Shown: positions 54,748 through 64,000 of the stretch, piece by piece | Layout of the letters: every line of letters starts with the position of its first letter | Numbering within the stretch: position 1 is the first letter of the stretch | Assembly: GCA_001687465.1 (NCBI GenBank) | Contig: LVLI01000007.1 | Location: 62,001 to 126,000, forward strand | Reading direction: 5' to 3' | Length of the DNA stretch: 64,000 bases | Source of the DNA: Halocafeteria seosinensis | Taxonomy: Eukaryota | Notes under the pieces: generated by a model | The model's database searches: none | What the model was told of the DNA's origin: nothing | The model's input: only the letters and a program-made list of their open reading frames with translations | Made by a program: the position numbers and the translations under genes

Positions 54748-56640
54748 ATGTCGTCGAGCGCAACGAGCGACAATCATGAAAACGGAGAGGAGGACGAAGA
54801 AGATAAAAAGCTCCCGGCAGTGCTCTACCGTGCTTCCTTTCATAATGCAGTATGGGACGTCATGCGCAAGAAAGCAGGGTGGAAAGAGACTACGAGGTAT
54901 GTTTGGCTATCCCTCTGTCCTGTAGCGTGGCTGAATTGATGGGTATAGGAGCCTGCAGCAACGTAGATTGGGACTTCAATTGGGCTGATGTGGGCTGGAT
55001 TCGAGAGCATTTCGATAACATACATATGGAGGAGCATCAGAAGGTCAACCACTTTCGCAACCACTATGAGTTGACGCGCAAGGATTTGTTGGTCAAGAAC
55101 ATCAAACGCATGAAAAAACAACTGGAAAAATCTGAGTCCAAAGACGAAGCAAACAAATACGACTTCTTACCCGAATCCTATGTACTGCCTGGAGAATATG
55201 GTATGGCGGATGAAGAGAACTACGTGGTACATTTCTTCTTGTTGAATTCTTACTTGTCTATCGCCGTTGAACGCAGGCTTATTTGTGGAAGCATTTAAAA
55301 GACGACCTGGAGCGACATGGATTATGAAACCCATTGGCAAAGCACAAGTAAGCAAATCTGTCTGAACCTTGGAGTGCATGAGTATACTGAAAGCTTAACT
55401 TGCGTAACAGGGCCGCGGTATTTTTTTATTTAACAAATTGAGCCAAATTAGTGACTGGAAGAAGGATCATAATTGGAATGCTGATGCCCCTCAAGCCGAG
55501 ACTTATGTTGCTCAACGATATATAGCAAACCCGTATACAATTGGAGGTGAGCTGTCTTAGAAAGATATATCAATCCGGACAGTATTCTAGCACCAAAAAG
55601 TTTGCGGCCACAGGCAAGAAGTTCGACATACGTTTGTATGCCCTGGTCACCTCGTTTAGCCCTTTAACCATCTGGCTATATCGGTCTGGATTTGCTCGAT
55701 TCTCGTTCACCCGCTATTCGCGAGATAAGGCTGATCAAAACAATTTGTGTATGTCTTGCAAAGTTGCCTGAGGTAACCATATACATTGAAAATTTTCGTT
55801 TAATGTGATCGCACATCACAGGGATGCATCTAACAAATGTATCAATTCAGAAGAAAGCTGAGGAATACGATTCAGCTCGAGGCTGCAAGATGTTTGTGCG
55901 AGAACTTAAGTTATTTCTGGTAAGCTTTGGAATGTTTGTATTTGTGATTTTGTCACTATATGTATAACATTCTTTTCCGCAGGCGTCGAAACATGGGATG
56001 CCGGCTGTAGAAACGTTATTCGCTGAGACTCAAGTAAGTTTGGAACAGCGTTTTTTCTCTTGCGAAATCAGCTCTTGACTAAGATAAATGCCAACAGGCA
56101 CTAATTATACGCACTCTCTTGAGCGTCCAAAAGGTTATTATTCAAGACAAGCACTCGTTTGAGCTGTACGGTTTCGACGTCTTATTCGATACGAGTTTGA
56201 AGCCATGGTTACTGGAGGTAAATGCCTCGCCCTCGTTATCTGCGGACACTGATACGGATTATCAGCTGAAATACGGACTTATTGAGGATACATTGGATGT
56301 TGTAGATGTGGAGTCGCACAGATCGGGAAAGGAAAAGCGTGTAGGTGGGTATGATCTCATTTGGGAAAATGGTCCCGTAGAGACAGATTTGCCCTCGACT
56401 ACTAGTACTGGACTAGGCTGCTACAACTCTACATTAGAGAATGTAATTAAGAGAAAGATAAGGAAGCCTCGGAAAAAGAAAGATGACAACTCGGCTTCAA
56501 ACGTACGACCGGACTCACCGAATCCGGACATCCTACTTCCAATTCCTGCCAGTCAGGACTCCTCGAATGCACCGCCGGCAAATTCAGACCACGGCTATCT
56601 ATGGACCCCTGAAAGTCAACGCCATATCCCAAGACCATAA
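54748..56640 (+). CDS. TTLL9: Tubulin polyglutamylase TTLL9, multi-exon
   Basis: [79 protein letters not shown]. Confidence 0.88.
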
Positions 56641-56776
56641 GAATACACACTAGAGAAATGAAAAGAAAGAGTTTTTTCCATGGCACTTTCAATATTATAA
56701 GTCACATTTGTTTCCTATCTGAAGCGATTGGTATCGTGAATAAATATCGCTGCTATGAGGAGACGATGATAGCCAA

Positions 56777-57550
56777 TCATAGATATTGACTCAAGAACTG
56801 TTTCCACTGCTGTACTGTCCATGTAGATTCAGCTGGGGCCTGAACGCCGTTTAGAAGGAAGCTCGGTGTCCCCGTAACTGAGCGACTGCAGGCATACTTC
56901 CAACTCGTTCTTGTGTCTAAATTCAATGTTCGATTGTTGAGGCCATCCACGAAGTCACTCTGAGAAACTCCCAGGGAGCTGCTAGCCAATTGTCCAAACT
57001 TCTCTATCACGTCATTCATCGTCATATTAGCTGTCTCGTCGTTTCCAAACTCATCTTGATGGGCATACACCGCTGCAGAACGCAAACCGAGTTAATTGTT
57101 TGGCGTGGGATATGACGTCACTTTTCGCACTTACCTTCCATCCAGTTGTACGTGTATTGCACAGATCCTCCTAGCGTTTCAGCCACCAGTCCTCCTTGGT
57201 TTGCGATAAATGAGTTATGATGATAGGGTAGAGGGAATACATGTAAATAGAAACGGATCTTCGAGGGCCCGAACGTCATCAAAGTCTGCTTCAGCGCTGG
57301 CCAGCTCGCTTTGGAGTCCGGGCACATAAAGTCATAAAACGCTTCCAAGAGCAAAGGAGCATCGGCATTTCCCTGCAACAAGTTGTGCAAACATATTCCA
57401 GCATTGGTCTACTAGTTATAGTACCGTGCTTACCATAGGGAATCCATCATACCTCCGTGGAATCGGTGCGGACTGTGCTGAGGCTCCAGGGAACGAAATC
57501 ATACAAAGTGCTTGTATTAAGCACAAACCACTCAATGTCAGTCTGTTCAT
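56777..57550 (-). CDS. Secreted DsbA-like thioredoxin-fold protein (CxxS), 3 exons
   Basis: Signal peptide, PIPRRYDG, EAFYDFMCPDS, FPLPYHHNSF, WKYACSRSVTGTPSFLLNGV. Confidence 0.85.
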
Positions 57551-57821
57551 TATGTCTACTTTTGTTCTTTATTTTCTCTTGAAAACAGGAGGGGAAACGA
57601 TGGGGAATCAATTCTAAACGACAAACGGGTCTGGCTGATCCTGGGATTCCTCGTGTGGGAGCTCGCAAGTTGCAACACTGATCTTCACAAAATGTTCATA
57701 CTCTTCTCGAACCGCATACAGAGGGTATATTGTGTCATTGAGTGGGTGAGTCCACGTCGGTGCAATACTTTTTTCGGTTTTTTCCTTGGACCCCGTTGTG
57801 GAGGGGGGGAGGGGATTCACC

Positions 57822-58913
57822 ATGTTCATCCAGTATTGGCCCCAGTTCGGGCAATTAGAACCTCCGAGTCCAGTCAATACAGCTTCCTATTACGTCTCAG
57901 AGCGTAATGTAGCCGTCAGACAAGTTTTTCAGGACTTCCCTTGGCTGTCCAAGGTATACCCGTTCGAATGGGAACGAAATGTGGATGTATTCAATTTCAG
58001 TCAATTTGCGAAGGATCATTGGTATCTCTCGTGGCTCGCTGTTGGACTTTATCTCCTTTTTGTTTTCTCGGCCAAGTACATGGGGTTGGAAGACCCCCCG
58101 AAACCATCGAATCCAAGGAAATCAGCCACGAACGCCTGCAGCCCGTTAAAATTGTAAGCTAGCGTGTTCTGGCTCCTGGTTGTCGAGTTCTATCGAATGA
58201 GGCTTTTATTCTCTGGGAACGCAGAACTCTGGCGTTATGGAACTTGGGACTCTCACTATTCTCCTTTATTGGAAGTATTCGCATGATTCCCCAGCTTTTA
58301 GCAAATTTATACTTATATGGGTTTACGTTTACGGTAAGTGCTCGTCGTTCGTGGGTCTCTTCCAGATGACTTAGGTGAATCTGCTGAGCTGCAGATTCTC
58401 GAGGATGGTGAACTAAATGGCGGTCAGGGAGCAAGTGGTTTGTGGCTAATGCTGTTTATCTATGCAAAATATTTGGAGCTCTTCGATACAGTATTTTTAG
58501 TAATAAGGCGAAGGAAGATATCCTTCTTGCATTGGTACCATCATGCAACAGTATTGCTTTACTGCTGGCGTTTGTATGCTGACCGACCAGCAGTGGGGAT
58601 TTGGTTTGCTGCTATGAACTACGTCGTGCATTCAATCATGTACTTCTACTACTTTTTAACAGCCGTAAATATCCGCCCTCGATGGGGTATTTTGGTCACC
58701 GTACTCCAATTAACACAAATGGTAGCTGGAATGGTGTTATGTTTGTTAATTGGCTACTTTCGGTTCTACCAACCGCAGTTACCGAGCCATGTTACCGAAG
58801 GAGCTTTCTACTTTGGCATTGTGATATATTCCTCTTACTTCGCTCTCTTTCTTTCGTTTTTCTTGGAGCGCTATGGGTTTAGTATGCGGACAACGAAGGA
58901 GAAGATCTCCTGA
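57822..58913 (+). CDS. ELO/GNS1/SUR4 fatty acid elongase, 3 exons
   Basis: LWNLGLSLFS, KYLELFDT, FLHWYHH, MNYVVHSIMYFYY, TVLQLTQM; C-terminal KEKIS. Confidence 0.92.
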
Positions 58914-58942
58914 TGTTTTCCAAAATAAGTTTAAAAAGAGAA

Positions 58943-60636
58943 TTAATTTGACGCAACCGGTGTTCCCGCCAATGGTGGTACTGTTTCTTCGATGCGTCCA
59001 TAGTTCCGCAAGTCGGACGTAGTACTCACAAAGTATAATAGACAGGAAATTTTTGAAAAGAAGTCGGAGTCCGAAAAGCGCAATGATGCCCTCTTCGTGA
59101 CCTCCTCTTTTTGTTCACGCTTGCGACTCCTTGCTTTCTTGTTTGCTGTGTCCGGAACGGTGGAGTTTTCGGTGGTTGAATTTTTTATCTTCTCTCTATC
59201 AGACGCTGAAGGAATATGCATACTCTTTCTGTCTCTTCGCTTATGGGAGGAAGCGCATAAAGACTGGCGACCGCTAGTAAAGACCTTAGGATTGGATTGC
59301 AGACGAGGTGGTTTGTTTGGCCTCTTGGACTGCATACGGCGCTTTCGCGTCTTTCCCGGACTGCGAAATTGTCGATTATCTGCTTCAGCTGGAGGATCCA
59401 GCTGTTCTTCGTTAGAATAGTCTACACTCCCGTATCTTGGTGGTGTAGGGGGTGGGTCTGTTGGGGTCGGGTCATCATAGTCGCTGTCATCAACAGCTGG
59501 AGAAGGAAGGAGATGACCTGTATTCACGCCGACGTTGCAACAATTCAAACAATTCGAAGTGTGTTTCGCCAGGCATTCGCACTTACTCCGAAGTGGTATC
59601 TTTAGCGGTTCGTCATCCTCTAAAATTACTTGATGAAGACTCCCGGCAAACCTGTATCGCACCACTAGGTACTTGTGTCGATTTGGAGCAACATCGTAGA
59701 ATCCTGGTTGCCTGGATTTCGTCTTCCCAGGTATGTGAAGAGATATCCTCGCTCTCGTAGCCGGTTTGTTGCCACCCGATTTAGCCTCTGCCCTAACAGC
59801 AACGTAGTCCACGGATACGCGCACTTGAAGAGGAGCCGTAACATCGATCAATGTATGCTGGAATTTCTGCAGGATCTCACTTAGTGGCGTGCATGGGTGG
59901 AGTTCGTTGAGGTCCAAGTATCCGTACACAGCTCGGGTAATGATCAAGCCATCGTTACTTTCTAAATCTCGTAACTGCTGGCTGGCAAGCGCTGCCTGGT
60001 AGCTTCCTTTGAGCTGTCGAATGAACATTTTCGCATCTTGTCGACTTGCTTCATAATAATAGCTTGCCTGTAGTGATAGATAGCAAATCCGATATGGCTA
60101 CGACAACAGACTGATTGTCCAGAAAAGTTTTGCTCTTACGAGAATGGGATTATCTTCATCTTTCGCCAAATGGTACTGAATAGCACGTGTCTCGTTACTT
60201 AATAGTTCATAAGCAGTGGTCACCTCCTTGCAAATTGCTTCGCTTCTTCCCAGTTCCCAACTTCGTCTGTACCAGAGTATGCATCAAATAGGTAAGCAAG
60301 AAGCGATCGTGTTTGACAAACTAGCTCCAACGCTTACAAGTTCCCCTTTCGAAGTACTACATCGGGATGGTATTGCCTCATCAATTCCAGGTATGCATTC
60401 TCTATTTGCTGTTTCCAGCGTCTGCGAGCGTTACCATCGTCCAGTATTTTATCCAAGGAGGTAGGCAAGTCTGGAGGAAGGCCCAAGACGGCATAAGGAT
60501 TATAAATTTCGCTGACTTCGTCATCATCTGGGAACCGAATCTTCTCTGTAATAAATTTGGGAGTGCGCTTGAATGGCACGATCGCCAAGGAGTGACTTTT
60601 TGGCGCGCCGGCGCTGGCGGGCGCCATCGTAGCCAT
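58943..60636 (-). CDS. J-domain protein with DNAJC11-type (DUF3395) domain, multi-exon
   Basis: NPYAVLGL..AY..LMRQYHPD..AYELLS; GLIITRAVYG, IDVTAPLQ, PGFYD..KYLVVRYRFAG..HQV. Confidence 0.8.
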
Positions 60637-61856
60637 CTCAGATGCAGGCTCCACGTCTGTTCAGTTTTATTGGAAGATGAAAATTTAGGAATGTTTTATA
60701 CATAGAAACAATGAAAATGTGATTTGATAGTATTTACCCTCTATGTGAGGACAGCAAACGACCCCTGGAATTGGGGACGCGCGCCAAATTCAAATCGGCA
60801 CTTCACACTGAAGTTCACAGCGTCGCGAGGCACGAGTCGTACAAGTACATTTTGTACAACGTCTAAGAGACTCCGTCATTCCTTCACTGGTAATGTAGAT
60901 TTCCGAATTGCCTTCACATAGTTGTCACTGAGCATGAGTAAACGTTTTGCAAGATGGGTTGCATCATCAAACTGCGTCCGCAGTCGTGTTGAAGCAACTT
61001 GAGGGTCGTGTGGCACCGTGACCCTCATTGTTTCTCATTACACGACACAACAATTATATCAGTTCAACATGATTCAGTTGTACCCATGTGTGTCATGCGA
61101 ACATGCGCGTACAAGGCTAGGTCACTATGGGGCGTGGGTTATCGTCGATAACTTATCAATGGTGAGCTGTGAACTTGGACCAAACCCGTTCAACTAGTTG
61201 GTACTTAGTAAACAACTTGCTCGATAAACTAGATCTGTAGTAATGTTGTGCTTCTCTGCCTGTATTCTCTGCTCCTATCTTTCTTTCTCACAAAGAAAAC
61301 GTATGTCCGGGAAGATAAACGTTTTTGCAGTGAATACACTGAAGGAGAAACACCAAATGCGATTGCTACTATCCCTTAAGCATAGAGCGCCGAAGTCCAG
61401 AAGCAGGCGAGGCAGTCGAAGAGATGGCTGCATTTTCTTTCTCCTCCCTTGGCGATATTCTTGCTAAGACCACACTAGCGAAAAAAAATAAAACCCAACT
61501 TAGAATATTGTACAACGTACCGGTATTAGCTCCTGTGTTAAGTGGAAAGCAACAAACCCGATCTGTAGCAGCATTGTGAGGCTCGACGATACTTCAACTC
61601 TCCAACACTCTCATTAAGAGCAACTATCTATCACGAGCAATGGACCACAAACAGTGCTCACAGCCAAGTGTGGCCGAACTCAAGACAAGACTTCCCCCAA
61701 GCGTGTGTATATTGTGTTGCATTCCCCGAAGAAACCGAGCTACCGAGTCTTGCCGGGACCCCAAATGCTTATTGACACCTACCTATCTATGGCTACTCCA
61801 GTATACGATAGGTCCGTGCATTGCCACTCGAAGTAAAATACTGGTGCAGTCGCATA

Positions 61857-63039
61857 TCAGGAAACATTACAACCGCATTGTTCCGTTTCTTGACCACTCA
61901 CTGCTCCCCCCTCTCCTGAGTTCCTACCGTGTCCCTCTCCCCGAGGGCTTTTCCCCGCACCACTCTCAATGGCGGGATGATCACTGTCATCAGAAGACGC
62001 GGTAGATATAAACCTATAAAGTGCATCGAAATATTCATTCAATCGCTCAGACGTGCTTGTGAGATCGTTGTGGCCAGCGCTGGAGAAAACAACTTTGCTT
62101 TTCCTCTCTTTTGCCGTCCCAGCTTCGTTAAAGAGTCGTAAACCTTGCTGTACAGGAGATATTTCGTCTTTCTCCCCATGAATAACGAGTAGCGGGAGGT
62201 GCACACGCTGAATCTGTCCACTGTTGTTCCAAGGATCACTTATGGCCCCACTTTCCAGCATTGACGTCAAAGAGGGAATCATCGAGCCTGCATTCATTCA
62301 CTCGTTACAACTACACCCATGAAGTTTTTCAACAACTTCGGTTCTGCCCACATACCTAACTGTTTTACCAATGGAAGTTCAAGCAAACTGCATATCGGAG
62401 ACTCTAACACTATAGCCCGAATACGGCGGGCAGCCGAAGATTGTGACTCTGATACGGCGTCAGTTTCTCCAGAATGTATCTTTTGACCGAGCCGAGCGAG
62501 GTGGATTGCACAGACACTGCCAATGCTCCTTCCAAACAAAATAATGGGAACTTCCCCTATTCCAGCTGTGAATGAAGGCGGACTCTGTTACTACACACAC
62601 ACCCCGTTGCCACTCCATGTAGGTACATACCTTGCTCAAGTTTAGCATCTAACTGTGACAAGATATGTCTTGCATCGGGCTGTAATGTCATTAATGTTGG
62701 TTCTGAGGTACCCCATCCATACCCTCGGTAATCTACCACCATTAGTGATACTCCCAACTTGTCGTGGAAGTATTTGTGTAACCCGTCATAGTCTGAGCAA
62801 ACCTCCGCATTCCCGTGAAAGTAGAGTACTAGAGGCCTCGAATTCGCGCCCCCTGAGCCACTTCCGTATGGGTATGGATATATTCTGTAGCCTAACATAA
62901 CTGAGGACCCCGTGTTGGCATCTCCTTCCGGTAATTTGAATTCCCCATCGACAGCGTGTGCCACCGTTGTCTCGTTCTTCTTGGCTCGGCGGGGGTGGAA
63001 AGCCATAGAGCTCACTATGGGCGATGAAAAAATGTCCAT
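61857..63039 (-). CDS. Alpha/beta hydrolase (ABHD13/17-like), 3 exons
   Basis: LYFHGNAE, VDYRGYG, GRSIG nucleophile elbow, IHGEKDEI, AGHND; catalytic triad intact. Confidence 0.9.
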
Positions 63040-64000
63040 CGTTGTGTATGTGCCTCTCTGTATGTTCCTCGTCTTATCAACTCCACTTCCTCCGCCGCGT
63101 AACCTCAACAATTAGCCTGTTTACACTATCTAGATACCCATTAACAGAATTTTGACACAGGTATCTCTATCCATACATCGAGAACCTGACTAAGTTTAAA
63201 CATTGACATTTTGGGCGTCATACACCTCTGTTACGTGAGCAGCTGGACCTTGAACTTCCTCTTTGAACCAGACAATCTTTTCGTCGTCTTGGAAAGCGAA
63301 GTTCGGCCGAAAGTTTGCTTGTGTTGTACAGCGCCTACAAGTGTTATCTCAGAATGATTCGATCTCAGTATAGTGTATGAAACTGAATAGTGTATTTTCT
63401 GTTTAGATTACCTTCTATTTCGACCAAGGGACTTAATTAGAGGTCCAATTGGTTGACTCGTCGCTACCGAAAGCGCAACTTTTTCGCAACGTAAGGTAAG
63501 TTATTGGCTATACACACACTTCCTACGGTCAATCTCGGCCCCATTCTAGCCCCTACGCATTGGTACTCATAAGACTAGGGTGGAAGAGAGACGATGGAAC
63601 GAGGGAATAATTTGAGAAAAGCCGGAAACTTTTTCGGAATGTTCGGGACCTTTCAGCACGCAGTCTTTGCTCTTTCCGTGGCATTGCCCTTCCAGGGGGT
63701 CACCAGCCTGTTTCGCCATCTTCATTCCTGTGTTTCGCTGGAAGAACTGGCTGCTGCTGGAAGGAGCACTGCACTTCTTGCCTCTGAAATGTTTTGAGTC
63801 AGACTCTCCCGAGAGGTACGGCAGGAGGTATGTTTTACATTTTTGTCTCTATTGTGTGTTGCAGGTATCTGTTCATTATTTCTAGTACAAGAGCACATAC
63901 CTTGGTTGCATTTTCTCGGCTTAGAAGTAGAGCGAAAGAATATCTTTGGGGGGAAGATCAGGTGCTGCTCTCCCCAGGAAAAACCAACAACTTCTGGCGC

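Noticed and set aside
60700..61850. 1.1-kb intergenic stretch with short ORFs and small palindromes
   Set aside because: No recognisable protein, RNA gene or repeat structure.
63130..64000. Possible gene fragment at the right edge
   Set aside because: Splice-like signals on both strands but no consistent reading frame or domain could be assembled.

Overview
Eukaryotic nuclear DNA (roughly 45-50% GC, compact, GT-AG introns mostly 55-90 nt) from a flagellated protist. Outer-arm dynein heavy chain, IFT43 and TTLL9 indicate a flagellum; the protein style suggests a heterotrophic stramenopile (inference only). About 23 host genes are recognisable: PKR1, a PPR-like protein, TRMU/MnmA, a coiled-coil protein, IFT43, FAM32A, a JmjC demethylase, a GATA factor, two tandem helical paralogs, telomerase reverse transcriptase (TERT), a SET methyltransferase, an F-box/Kelch protein, an intronless 4638-aa dynein heavy chain, two divergent p24 genes, a VOC/glyoxalase, a UBIAD1/MenA-DoxX/SURF4 fusion, TTLL9, a DsbA-like thioredoxin, an ELO elongase, a shortened DNAJC11-like protein and an alpha/beta hydrolase. 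The most unusual signals: (i) the first ~370 bp are ~30% GC with iterons and an array of mini-hairpins, resembling the terminus of an integrated virophage/Polinton-like element; (ii) two decayed copies of a retroelement-like sequence with archaeal-type RNase H directly followed by a chromodomain, differing by inversions; (iii) the UbiA-DoxX fusion; (iv) a GTAC-rich foldback repeat pair; (v) odd initiation signals (probable GTG start, and an ATG split by an intron). No tRNA, rRNA or CRISPR array was found. Exon boundaries were read by eye and no database searches were run.
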